Under the pieces are notes generated by a model, which was not told the DNA's origin, searched no databases, and saw only the letters and a program-made list of their open reading frames with translations. Position numbers and translations under genes: made by a program. Of a stretch of 64,000 nt of DNA, positions 41,732 to 51,370 are shown in pieces. This stretch comes from Dehalococcoidia bacterium (lineage in GTDB: Bacteria; Chloroflexota; Dehalococcoidia; Lucifugimonadales; UBA3495): positions 77,802 to 141,801 of the forward strand of contig CBDCFB010000001.1 of assembly GCA_965216065.1 (NCBI GenBank), read 5' to 3'. Each line of letters starts with the position of its first letter. Positions within the stretch are counted from its first letter, which is position 1.

Positions 41732-44700
41732 TTACCCCGCCGAGACCTGTACCGCAAGGCTATACACGTTGTCCCGGTTGGAGTCGGCAGGTCTCTCATA
41801 GTCGGGTGTGGCGCGGAAAGTAAGCTCTCCCTGTTCGCTTATGCTGAAGTCCCCGCCGTCGGTTCCCGTCAGCCGCCAGGTCGGCACCACGGCCAAGTCT
41901 CCCTGGCCAGCGGCCGAATAGGTCGCCAGAAGACCCTCGAAGTTTTCCGGCCGGTCAAGAGCGGAAGGACCTGAAATCTCGTCCAGATCATCCACCGTCA
42001 CCGCGACTTCAAGGTATCCGTAGTACCGGCCGTCGTAAGCCCGCACCGAGAGGGTGTATATGTTGTCCCGGTTCGAGTCCGCCGGCCGCTCGTAGTCCGG
42101 TGTGTTCCGGAACTTTAATTCGCCATTCTCGTTGATGGTAAAGTCGCCGCCGTCCGTCCCCGAGGTGCTCCACCGGTTTATGGGGGTGCCGGGACTCTCC
42201 GGGTCGCTGCCCGTGTAACTGGCCAGCACCTGCTCCGTGCTCCGGTTCTCCGTGGATGAGAGAGTCTCGCTGCCCGACACTGTCGGCCCCTCGTTCACGT
42301 CGGTAACGTTGACCATGACAGCCACGGATCCGGTATGCGTGCCATCACTGGCCTGAACCGTCACGTTATAGATGTTGTCGCCGCCCAAGTCCCCAGGAAA
42401 CTCGAAGTCCGGCGGACTGTTCTCACTGAACGAGAACTCCCCCCGCTGATCGATGGTGAAGAATCTACCGTCCGCACCTCCCACCGACCAGGCAATGCTG
42501 CTTCCCTCCGGGTCCGTGGCCCGGTAGGTGTACAGGCGGGAGGTCCGGTTCTCCGGTTGCCTCAACCCGGTGGCGGACGAGCTCGTCGTGGTGATGGTGG
42601 GCGCCTCGTTCACCGGCGTTACCGTAATCGTCTCTTCAAAGGTGCCGTAGTACCTCCCGTCATACGCCCGCACCGTCACCTCGTACACGTTGTCCCGGTT
42701 CGAGTCGGCAGGGCGTTCGTAGTCCGGCGAGTAGCGGAATCGCAACTCACCCTGTTCGTTCATGACGAAGTCCCCGCCGTCCCGGCCCGAGGTATCCCAT
42801 CGGGTGATCTCGGCGCTGGTGTCTTCCGGGTCAATGGCCATGTACCTGCCCAGCACCTGGGTCTGGCCGTGGTTTTCCGCCACGCTGCCCGGGGCACTGC
42901 CAACCCGGGTAATCTCCGGTCCCTCGTTCACGTCCGTAACGGTTATGGTGAAGGCCAGACTGTCGGAGTGGCCGTCTTCGTCGATGGCCACCACCGTCAG
43001 TTCGTAGTCATTCTGCCCGTCCGAATCCGAGGGGCTCTCAAAGTCCGGCGGGCTTACGAAGGACAGTTCGCCGCTGTCGCTGAGCGCAAAGGCGCTGGCG
43101 TCCGTCCCCGTGTGCGACCAGGCAATGGGGCCTCGCTGCGGGTCGGAGGCGCGGAAGTTATAGACCGTTGAGGTACCGTTCTCCCGGTAGGTGGTGGGCG
43201 GTCTCCTGGTGCTGATGGTGGGCTCCACGCTCTCAGCGTGGTTGGTGACCGTAACTGTGACATCAAAGTTGTCGGTCAATCCCTGTTCATCGGTCGCCAC
43301 CACCGCTATTTCGTACAGGTTGTCCCCGTTTGAATCTGTCGGGTTCTCAAAGTCGGGTGGACTGGTGAAGGTCAGCACACCGCGGCCGCGGCTATCGCTG
43401 GTGATGGTGAAGGCGTGGGCGTCCGTGCCGGTCACAGACCAAGTGATGATTCCCCGCTGCGGGTCGTTGGCGCTGTAGGTATAGACCGTGCGCGCGCCGT
43501 TTTCCTGGTAGGTCAAGGCAGGCCTGCTGGTGGTGGTGATGGTCGGCTCCTCGGTACCGGTGGAGTTTGCTACGTTAACCGTCACCTCCAGCCTGTCAAA
43601 ATTGAACCCGTCGTCCCGGGCCTGGACCGTGACCAGGTATTCATTGTCCCCGCTGGCATCCGCCGGATTCTCAAAGTCCGGAACATCGGCAAAGGTCAAC
43701 ACTCCAGTTACGCTGATATCGAAATCTCCCCCGTCCGTGCCCGACACTGACCAGGTAATTGTCCTGCCCTCCGGGTCCGCGGCCTGGTATGTGTACAACG
43801 CGTGAGTGCTGTTCTCCGGGTAGGTAAAGGAGGTTCTGCTCTTGCTGCGGGAAGTGAACTCCGGTGCCTCGTTCACATCCCGCACCGTCACCGCAACATT
43901 CAGCATCCCCGTGTACTGCCCGTCCGAGGCCCGCACCGCAACCAGGTATTCGTTGTTGCGGTTGGAGTCGGCGGGACTTTCGTAGTCCGGTGTATTCCTG
44001 AAAGTCAGCACCCCGGTCTCGCTGATGCTGAAGTCCCCGCCGTCGGTGCCCGACAGGCTCCAGGTGAAGGTGGTGCTGGCACCTTCCGGGTCGCTGGCCG
44101 AGTAGGACCCACTGAAGTTCTCGTCATTCTCGTCAATCGTGCGGGTGTCCAGTCCGCTCACCGTCGGCGGTTCGTTGACCGGTGTGACTGTCACGGTTAC
44201 GTCCAGCGTGGCGGTGTTAAGTCCATCGTCCTGCGCCCTCACCGTCACCAAGTACTCATTACCGTTGGCCCCGGCCGGACTCTCATAGTCGGGAGAACTC
44301 CCGAACGTCAGCGCGCCCGTCTCGCTGATCCTGAATTCATTTCCGTCTGGCCCTCCCACCGACCAGGTAATACTGCTTCCCTCCGGGTCCGTGGCCCGGT
44401 AGGTGTACAGGCGCGACGTCCGGTTTTCAGGTTGCCTCAACCCGGTCGCGGACGAGCTCGTGGTGGTGATGGTAGGCGCCTCGTCCACGGGCGTTACCGT
44501 GATGATGATGTCCAGGGAACCGTAGGCATTCCGGTTGTCGTAGGCCCGCACCATCACCAGATATTCGTTGTCCCGGTTCGAGTCCGCAGGCCGTTCATAG
44601 TCCGGTGTATTCCGGAAGGTCAGCACCCCGGTCTCGCTGATGAGGAAGTCCCCGCCGTCGGTCCCCGACAGGCTCCAGCGGGTTACGCTGTCCCCCTCCG

Positions 44701-47700
44701 GATCTGTTGCGAGGAAGCCCGCTCCCGACAGTTCCTGGTTCTCCTCGACCGTGTAGCTGTTCCTGCCGGATACCGCCGGCCCCTCATTCACGTCGGTGAC
44801 GGTAACCGTCACGGAAAGTGTGGCGGTGTTGAACTGGTCGTCCTGCGCCTGCACCAACACGTTGTATACGTTGTCCCCGCCTGAGTCCCCAGGGATCTCG
44901 AAGTCCGGCGGACTGGTCTCACTGAACGAGAACTGTCCCCGCTCATCGATGGTGAAGAATCTACCGTCTGTACCTCCCGCCGACCAGGTAATACTGCTTC
45001 CCTCCGGGTCCGCCGCCCGGTAGGTGTACAGGCGCGACGTCCTGTTCTCCGGTTGCCTCAATCCGGTCGCGGACGAACTAGTCGTGGTGATGGTCGGCGG
45101 TGCATTGACGTCGGTGATGGTCACCGTCGCCGTGTCGGGACCTCCCTGTAAATGCGGGAGGCTTGGGTTGGAGTAGTTCAGGATTACCGTGAAGTTCTCG
45201 TCCGGCTCGTCGACGGTGTCATCGATGATGGAGACGCTGATGTCCCGGGTTGCCTGGAAGCGGAACTGGCCCCCCACGTCTGTGCGCGTGAAGTCGCCCT
45301 GGCCGAAGCTGAAGCTGCTGGTCAGTCTCCGATAGTCCGAGCCTTGGGTGGCGGTGCCGTCGGCCGTAGTCGCGGACAGGGCGACGTTGAAACCGCTCTC
45401 CGGAATTCTGTCCGACGTGGTGGTGGCCCGGGCCTGCAGGGTGACCGTTCTCGCATGCTCGTCGACGCTCACGAACGATTGGTCCCAGCTGATGGTGACG
45501 GGTACGAAATCGTTGTCGGTGATCTTTACGCTCATAACGGCTGGTCCGCCCTGCAGGTGAGGCGGACCGGGATTTGCGTACTCAATGGTTACCGTGAAGT
45601 CCTCCTCGTCTTCGTCGGATGTGTCATCCTGAATGGGCACCTGTACCTGCTTTACGGCGCGATAGCGGCGTTCGCCGTTGACGGTTACCCGGCTGAAGTC
45701 GTTCCGGCTGAAAGTGACGGTATCGTCCACCTGCGTATAGTCGCCGGGCTGGGTCGCGCTGCCGTCAGACGTACGGATGGAGGCGTCGAAGGAGAACCCG
45801 TCCTCAGGTCGCTTGTCCTCAGTGGTGACGGCGTAGGCACGAAGTGTGGCGCTGCCGGCGTTCTCACGAACCGTTACGTCCGGCTGTTCCCAGCTGAGAG
45901 TAACTGGAACGTGTTCGTTGTCCTTGATTGTGACGACTGCCGTAGAAGGTCCTCCCTGGAGATGCGAGAGGCCGGGAGTCGCGTAGGCCAGCCTTACCCT
46001 GAAGGCCTCGTCCGATTCATCCGCTGTGTCGTCTATGATGGCTACGGTGAAATCCCTGGTTGCTCGGTATCGCTGCTGGCCGTTCACGTCGGTCTGGCTG
46101 AAGTCGCCCGCGACAAAGGTCGCGGACGAGGCCGGAGTCGTGTAGTCGTCGCCTTGGGTCGTGCCGCTATCGGTGGTGGTTAGGATGACGTCAAAGGTGA
46201 AGTCAGCCTCCGGCGGCGAGTCCAGTGTGGTTGTGAAGACTGCTCTCAGGACCACGCTCCCCGCGTCCTCCGCCACCTCAAAAGAAGTCTCTTCCCACTG
46301 CAGGGTTATGGGTATATCGTCCGGCAGCGGTGTACCGGTCTCCGTGCCGGACCATGCTCCATCCCCCGCGGAGTTGACGGCCCGCACCTGTATATCGTAC
46401 TCCGTCGTGTTTGTGAGATTGGAGATGACATATCGAAGGTCGCCGCTTCTCCAGGCGTTGTCCCGCACCGTCCAGTTGGATTCCATAGTCTCGTCTTCGC
46501 TGGTCTCGATGTAGCGCACGTCGTAGGCTGTGATGACCCCGCCACCCGTGTCAGCGGGGGCAGTCCAGACGACAGCCAGGGTCCTATCGCCGCGAGTGAT
46601 GCTTAAAATGGATGGTGCCGACGGCGCGACCGTGGTGGGTTCCTCGGCTTCCGCTTGGGACCAGGGGCCGTGTCCGGAATCGTTGTGGGCCCGCAGTTGA
46701 AATTCGTACTTCACTCCGCCTGTCAGTCCGGTGATGGTGTGGTTCCGGTTGCTCGGCGTCCCCACGCCCGTCACCACAGACCAGTTGTCATCGCTCTTGT
46801 CCGTAGCATTGTCTCTGATGTATCGCAGGTCGTAGGAGGTGATGGCCGTCTCCCCAGTTTCGGTCGGCGCTTTCCAGTCAATTTCGAGCGTGCCTCCACC
46901 CGGAGTCACAACGTCGATTTCAGGCGCACCGGGAATCAAGCCATGACCGTAAATGGTGAGACCCCACGACTTGAGAGCTCCTCTATCATTTCTTTGAAGG
47001 TCTTTAATCCTCAGCGTCCACTCACCGGCCGCGTCCTCGCCCAGATGGCGGGCCGAACCAAAGCGGAACTCAGTGGTCAACGACCCGAATCTAGGGGCGG
47101 AAGTGGACAGCGTTGAAACGGCCCCTGAGGGCGAGACCAGCTCAACGGTCAGATCCCGGAAGGCAGGATGGCTGAAGTGGGCGTTGACCTCCACAAACTC
47201 GACGAACTCCACAAACGGGTCGATGGTCAGGCTGGTGGTTACGGTGGTAGGCGTACCGGACGACGACAGGTCGGGGATTGGCAGGTTGATGACGCTTGAC
47301 TCAGAGGTGATTTCCCTAAAGTCGCCGACGTTGGTCCAGCCCGGAGCCAGGTCCACGGCCGCCTTGGCGTCCACCATGCCGAAGCCGTATTCGTGGTTGA
47401 AGTTGTAGCGGTCCGTGGTGGACCCGTATTTGAAAGCTCCTTCCACCCAGCCGGTGTTGTCCGGGTCGTTCTTGCGGGCGGAGGCCGCCAGGATGAGCTT
47501 GACGTCACGCCAGGTCAACGCGCTGTTTGCTTCTCGAATCAGTGCTACCACGCCGGAGACTATGGGAGTGGCGGCGCTGGTGCCGCCAAAACTGCCCCTA
47601 TACCGGTGTCCGTTGTCGGTGGTGGCTATCCTGGGCTGGCCCACCCTACCGCTGCTGGACGGCCCGCACACCCACAGATTTGCGCCTGCTTCCGAGTAGC

Positions 47701-49780
47701 TGCTTCTTATGTCGTCGTGCCCAACCGCGCAGACGGCAGTCACGGCATAGAAATTCGAATACTCGTCCAGAGTGGAGTAGTCGAAGTCACCTCCGTTGCC
47801 GGCAGCCCAGGCGTAGAAAACGCCCTTCCCGCCGTATCCGGTTGTGACGCCGTATTTGACCGCCACTTCCCAAAGTTCAGTAGCAGGCTCCGGATGGCCG
47901 GAGTCTCCAGGGCCCCAGCTGTTGTTGGAAATGGCCGTGGTCGCCGCGTTGCGCGACATGGCGTCTGCTTCGTTGGCGTCGGTATCTTCCACCAGAAAAT
48001 TGTATCCGTATATCTTGGCCCCGGGGGCTACGCCTCGCATACCGAGGCTGTTGTCCTTCGCCGCTATGAGGCCGGCCACGGCGGTGCCGTGGTCTTCGAA
48101 TGGATGGTATATATCAGTCAGGTCGGGGTCATAGTTGTGATTGAAGGAGGAAAGGACGTTGCCCGTGAGGTCCTCGTGTTGGTAGTGCATTCCATCGTCC
48201 ACCACCGCCACGTTGATGCCGGAGCCTGTGTATGTGGGCCACACCTCCTCGACCCTGATATCCTGACCGGCGCTGTTGCGAAACTGGTTGTCGTTGTTCA
48301 GGTGCCACTGGCAGCCGTAGAGCGGGTCGCTTATGCCTGCACTCCTGGGAATGCTGGAGCAGCGGTTTGCGAAATAGGTGTAGCTGCCCTCAACGACTGC
48401 CCTGACGGTGTAACGGCCTGTGTCTGTGGCATCCTTGCCTGCCACCTTCAAGTGGTATGTGCCCGCGTCTAATTTACCCTGAAAGTAGAATGTGTCGTCA
48501 AAGTGAACCGAATTTACAGGGGCCGCGAGGTCGTTTTCATCGGTCAGAGCGCCACTGATGTTGGTGACGCCACTCGCTCCACCGATGATCACGTAAGTTG
48601 GCTCGTCAAGGGTCAGGCTGAAGTAGTCCTCGTCGCCGGCCGGGTCTATATTTCCACCCGCCGTACCGCCGAGGGTCAGCGGCTGAGCGTCGGCGACGAC
48701 GCTGCCAGGCTCGGTGATGGCCGTAGCAAATACTGTGTAAGGCCCATCGGAACTATATGCGAAAGAGCTCACCTTGACGTAGTACACCCCGGCGGCGAGG
48801 TTCTCCCGGATGAGAAAGTTCGTCCAGCCGCCGGGAAGATAGCCGTCGTCGTTGGATGCTATCACCGTGCCGTTGCTCCTTTGCAGCTCACCAACCGTAT
48901 CCGGGAACCCGGATGCGCGAATGGCTACCTCCGTAGCTTGGGATAGTTCCAACTTGAAGTAGTCCCGATCGTTTTCCGGGTCAATTGTGCCGCTCGCAGA
49001 GCCGTTGAGATTCAGAGTGGCAGCGTTGCTCCTGGACGTGGTATCCGGGATCTCCCTGACCCTGAGGATATAGGGTTCGTCAGTAGATCCGTAGCCGGTG
49101 ACCTTGATGTAGTACGTCCCAGACTGGAGTCTGCGCCACAGGAAGAAATTTTCCGGGTTGGGCAGCACGGCGCCTCTATCACTGCTCTCGATGGACATGC
49201 CGTCGCTGTCCAGCAGCTCACCCACTGTATCCAGGTCGCCCAGGGTATATATCCAATAATCGGCAGTCCTTGACACGCTGAAACTGAAGTAGTCTTCATC
49301 GTCAGCGGGGTCAATGGCTCCCCACACCCTGGCGCCCGCGGTCACGCTCGTGGCTGCGGCGCGAGTGTCGCCGTGGTCCGCGGGGGTTGCGCTGGTTGTG
49401 GCCGACCAGGCGCCGGCGACATCGTCTTCGTCAACCGCGCGCACCTGCACGTCATACTCCGTGCCGTTGGTCAGGCCGCTAATGGCGTAGGCCAGACTGC
49501 CACTGCCCTCTTTCCAGGCGTCCTCCTCCACAGTCCAGTTGGAGTCCACCGTCTCATCCGCGCTGGTCTCGATATGACGCACGTCGTAGGCCGTGATTCC
49601 GGTCTCGCCGGCCGGAGCGGCCCAGGCAAGGGTGAGTATGGTATCGCCAGAGGTTACAGAGTCGATGGTTGGTGCGGCGGGCACAGACTGCGCGCTGGCG
49701 TAGCCCAGTGCCAGCACCAGGCAGAGCAGGGCAAATCCCGCCGCCATCAGTAGTCTGGTGGGCCTGAGCATTCTTGTCAT
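41732..49780 (-). CDS. Giant surface protein, 5' portion: signal peptide, FN3, 3x PPC, kexin-like S8 protease + P-domain, 2x FN3, 3x Calx-beta, ~11 cadherin-like repeats
   Basis: Start taken at ATG 49780 (MTRMLRPTRLLMAAGFALLCLVLALGYASA/QS). PPC motifs are DEDYFSFSV, DRDYFKLEL and DEDYFSLTL. The S8 triad is VAVVDDG / HGTAVAG / GGTSAATP. The P-domain is 'LTVELVSPSGAVSTL...GEWTLRIKD...LKSWGLTIYG'. Calx-beta-like units carry '...GDDYT...F..GD......I.IIDDT.DE.DE.F.V.L'. Confidence 0.8.
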   Translation of the reverse strand: MTRMLRPTRLLMAAGFALLCLVLALGYASAQSVPAAPTIDSVTSGDTILTLAWAAPAGETGITAYDVRHIETSADETVDSNWTVEEDAWKEGSGSLAYAISGLTNGTEYDVQVRAVDEDDVAGAWSATTSATPADHGDTRAAATSVTAGARVWGAIDPADDEDYFSFSVSRTADYWIYTLGDLDTVGELLDSDGMSIESSDRGAVLPNPENFFLWRRLQSGTYYIKVTGYGSTDEPYILRVREIPDTTSRSNAATLNLNGSASGTIDPENDRDYFKLELSQATEVAIRASGFPDTVGELQRSNGTVIASNDDGYLPGGWTNFLIRENLAAGVYYVKVSSFAYSSDGPYTVFATAITEPGSVVADAQPLTLGGTAGGNIDPAGDEDYFSLTLDEPTYVIIGGASGVTNISGALTDENDLAAPVNSVHFDDTFYFQGKLDAGTYHLKVAGKDATDTGRYTVRAVVEGSYTYFANRCSSIPRSAGISDPLYGCQWHLNNDNQFRNSAGQDIRVEEVWPTYTGSGINVAVVDDGMHYQHEDLTGNVLSSFNHNYDPDLTDIYHPFEDHGTAVAGLIAAKDNSLGMRGVAPGAKIYGYNFLVEDTDANEADAMSRNAATTAISNNSWGPGDSGHPEPATELWEVAVKYGVTTGYGGKGVFYAWAAGNGGDFDYSTLDEYSNFYAVTAVCAVGHDDIRSSYSEAGANLWVCGPSSSGRVGQPRIATTDNGHRYRGSFGGTSAATPIVSGVVALIREANSALTWRDVKLILAASARKNDPDNTGWVEGAFKYGSTTDRYNFNHEYGFGMVDAKAAVDLAPGWTNVGDFREITSESSVINLPIPDLSSSGTPTTVTTSLTIDPFVEFVEFVEVNAHFSHPAFRDLTVELVSPSGAVSTLSTSAPRFGSLTTEFRFGSARHLGEDAAGEWTLRIKDLQRNDRGALKSWGLTIYGHGLIPGAPEIDVVTPGGGTLEIDWKAPTETGETAITSYDLRYIRDNATDKSDDNWSVVTGVGTPSNRNHTITGLTGGVKYEFQLRAHNDSGHGPWSQAEAEEPTTVAPSAPSILSITRGDRTLAVVWTAPADTGGGVITAYDVRYIETSEDETMESNWTVRDNAWRSGDLRYVISNLTNTTEYDIQVRAVNSAGDGAWSGTETGTPLPDDIPITLQWEETSFEVAEDAGSVVLRAVFTTTLDSPPEADFTFDVILTTTDSGTTQGDDYTTPASSATFVAGDFSQTDVNGQQRYRATRDFTVAIIDDTADESDEAFRVRLAYATPGLSHLQGGPSTAVVTIKDNEHVPVTLSWEQPDVTVRENAGSATLRAYAVTTEDKRPEDGFSFDASIRTSDGSATQPGDYTQVDDTVTFSRNDFSRVTVNGERRYRAVKQVQVPIQDDTSDEDEEDFTVTIEYANPGPPHLQGGPAVMSVKITDNDFVPVTISWDQSFVSVDEHARTVTLQARATTTSDRIPESGFNVALSATTADGTATQGSDYRRLTSSFSFGQGDFTRTDVGGQFRFQATRDISVSIIDDTVDEPDENFTVILNYSNPSLPHLQGGPDTATVTITDVNAPPTITTTSSSATGLRQPENRTSRLYTYRAADPEGSSITWSAGGTDGRFFTIDERGQFSFSETSPPDFEIPGDSGGDNVYNVLVQAQDDQFNTATLSVTVTVTDVNEGPAVSGRNSYTVEENQELSGAGFLATDPEGDSVTRWSLSGTDGGDFLISETGVLTFRNTPDYERPADSNRDNEYLVMVRAYDNRNAYGSLDIIITVTPVDEAPTITTTSSSATGLRQPENRTSRLYTYRATDPEGSSITWSVGGPDGNEFRISETGALTFGSSPDYESPAGANGNEYLVTVRAQDDGLNTATLDVTVTVTPVNEPPTVSGLDTRTIDENDENFSGSYSASDPEGASTTFTWSLSGTDGGDFSISETGVLTFRNTPDYESPADSNRNNEYLVAVRASDGQYTGMLNVAVTVRDVNEAPEFTSRSKSRTSFTYPENSTHALYTYQAADPEGRTITWSVSGTDGGDFDISVTGVLTFADVPDFENPADASGDNEYLVTVQARDDGFNFDRLEVTVNVANSTGTEEPTITTTSRPALTYQENGARTVYTYSANDPQRGIITWSVTGTDAHAFTITSDSRGRGVLTFTSPPDFENPTDSNGDNLYEIAVVATDEQGLTDNFDVTVTVTNHAESVEPTISTRRPPTTYRENGTSTVYNFRASDPQRGPIAWSHTGTDASAFALSDSGELSFVSPPDFESPSDSDGQNDYELTVVAIDEDGHSDSLAFTITVTDVNEGPEITRVGSAPGSVAENHGQTQVLGRYMAIDPEDTSAEITRWDTSGRDGGDFVMNEQGELRFRYSPDYERPADSNRDNVYEVTVRAYDGRYYGTFEETITVTPVNEAPTITTTSSSATGLRQPENRTSRLYTYRATDPEGSSIAWSVGGADGRFFTIDQRGEFSFSENSPPDFEFPGDLGGDNIYNVTVQASDGTHTGSVAVMVNVTDVNEGPTVSGSETLSSTENRSTEQVLASYTGSDPESPGTPINRWSTSGTDGGDFTINENGELKFRNTPDYERPADSNRDNIYTLSVRAYDGRYYGYLEVAVTVDDLDEISGPSALDRPENFEGLLATYSAAGQGDLAVVPTWRLTGTDGGDFSISEQGELTFRATPDYERPADSNRDNVYSLAVQVSAG
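42013..42625 (-). repeat. 613-bp near-identical direct repeat, copy B
   Basis: See 41047-41659. Confidence 0.85.
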
Positions 49781-49859
49781 GGCACAGATGGCTCTGAAGA
49801 GACGTTGGTGTTCACGGGAACAGTGGGGCACAACGACCCAGAGTTCTCACAGGCAACAA

Positions 49860-50690
49860 TCACTTCGGTTTGGCTTCTCTTCCCCAGTTGGGGCTGGAAA
49901 TTTCCACCCCGTCCTGCACAGCCAGGGCGTTGGCAAGGTCCAGCGAGGGGAACCCTGGTTCAGTTTCAACGAAGAAGCCGTTGGCGACGTAGTCCAACTC
50001 CGACACGCGGTCCATCTTGATCCCGTTGTTGGAGAAAAAGGCGTTCGTTTCCGCCTGGCTCCATCCAGGGTCGAGCACCAGCAGAACACCGCCAGGGAGG
50101 GTCATCAGCGCGCTGGACTCCGAGCGAAATACGGGCAGGGTTTCACTCTTCGATTGTCCATCCGCACTCCTGACAACGTTGGTTCCATCCTCGTTGGCCG
50201 AAACGACGTCAAGAGGCAGTCCGCCGGAGCCTTTCTCGACTACCAGGTCTGCCTGAAGCTTTACTGTCATGGTCCTGTCACCGTCCTGCCAGGTGTAGGT
50301 TTCACCCTCGACAGGGCCGGTGGCGCCGGGGCCGCCCTTCTGGGGAGAATCCGTATCAACACCCGTTATGGGTTCCTGCTTCTTGGACGTTCCGGAAGAA
50401 TCGACGGACGCGAATTCAATCCCGTCGCCGTCAGACGACGCGGGAGTCGGCGTTGACACGGAGTCACCCACCGGAGGAGTGGATTCGGCGGCGGTGGACT
50501 TCGGGAGTGGCGATGAGGTCTCCGTGGGCACTGCGGTGGGCTCGGCCGTGGTGGTGAGCTTCAGGATAGGCGATGTGGCGGGCGCTGCAGCGGGCTGGTC
50601 CGTCGGCCCAGACGATCCGCATCCGCCCAGGACCGCCGGCACGCTTGATACAAGGACAGCTATGGCCAGCGAGACAACGAGCTTTCTCAT
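49860..50690 (-). CDS. Lipoprotein resembling a free-standing subtilase/kexin N-terminal pro-domain
   Basis: Signal 'MRKLVVSLAIAVLVSSVPAVLGGC/GSS'. The C-terminal half, 'YTWQDGDRTMTVKLQADLVVEK...GGVLLVLDPGWSQAETNAFFSNNGIKMDRVSELDYVANGFFVETEPGFPSLDLANALAVQDGVEISSPNW', matches the pattern of pro-regions that precede 'DP.Y..QWHL.N' in P-domain subtilases. Confidence 0.55.
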   Translation of the reverse strand: MRKLVVSLAIAVLVSSVPAVLGGCGSSGPTDQPAAAPATSPILKLTTTAEPTAVPTETSSPLPKSTAAESTPPVGDSVSTPTPASSDGDGIEFASVDSSGTSKKQEPITGVDTDSPQKGGPGATGPVEGETYTWQDGDRTMTVKLQADLVVEKGSGGLPLDVVSANEDGTNVVRSADGQSKSETLPVFRSESSALMTLPGGVLLVLDPGWSQAETNAFFSNNGIKMDRVSELDYVANGFFVETEPGFPSLDLANALAVQDGVEISSPNWGREAKPK

Positions 50691-51217
50691 GTCACTCCAC
50701 CTGTATGGCCTTATATTCGGGGTAGCGGGCGTTTAATTTGCATCGGGCGCGGAAATCCCGAGACGCTTCCCGAAGGGGTGTAAAAAGTGTCGTTGTTCAG
50801 CGAAAAACGTCTTTTCGGAATGCACTCGTCGAGGCCTTTGGCGAGAAGATTTCAACAGCCGTCCAAAAGTAGCTTGCTCTGATTGTTGTCAGGGCCTCTC
50901 CGTCGAAGACCGAGACACTGTCGAGCTGGCGCTGAAATGCGCGTCGAGAGGGCGCCCAGGCTCCTGGTATGGAACCTTGTAAGCTGGACTTTACGCATTT
51001 TAAGCGGCATAAGCGAGGGAATCTGCAATACGATGGTACAGAGTGGCGGGGAGTTTCTGTACATCGGAGTTGGCGGTCGATAGTGAAAAACCCTCCGACA
51101 CCAACCACCAGTGGCTACGCACAAAGGTGATGTCATCCTTTACTTTTCCTGGATTTTGCGTAAAGTCGAGCGAAGAAGAATGACGCTCATAGCGTCGGCG
51201 AGTTTTCAGCCGCCTTT

Positions 51218-51370
51218 CTAGTATTACAACGACGGATTAACTGGCGAGGTGATTCCTGTGAGGAAATTGAATCTGGAACAGCGCCGCTGCGGTCTTCCCG
51301 AGATCGCTGATTCGTAGCTGTACAAGAAGCATCAGTCATCTTCTTCGGCAATGTGTCGTTGTAATACTAG
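51218..51370. mobile_element. 153-bp MITE with IS701-family-like termini
   Basis: CTAGTATTACAACGAC at 51218 and its inverted copy ending at 51370. This differs by one base from the IS termini at 28504/29963. It has no coding capacity. Confidence 0.7.

Larger units (their letters stand above)
35663..45109 (-). repeat. Cadherin-like repeat array (~30 units of ~100-105 aa) spanning the ORF break
   Basis: DxNDN/NEAP-type repeat boundaries recur through both giant ORFs. Confidence 0.75.

Noticed and set aside
50700-51217. Lower-GC 500-bp stretch with a 103-aa minus-strand ORF and a small hairpin (GACGCT-CAT-AGCGTC at 51182-51196)
   Set aside because: It has no recognisable protein motifs or promoter-like pairing I can defend. 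It likely contains the promoter or leader of the lipoprotein and giant-gene unit, but the evidence is too thin to annotate.
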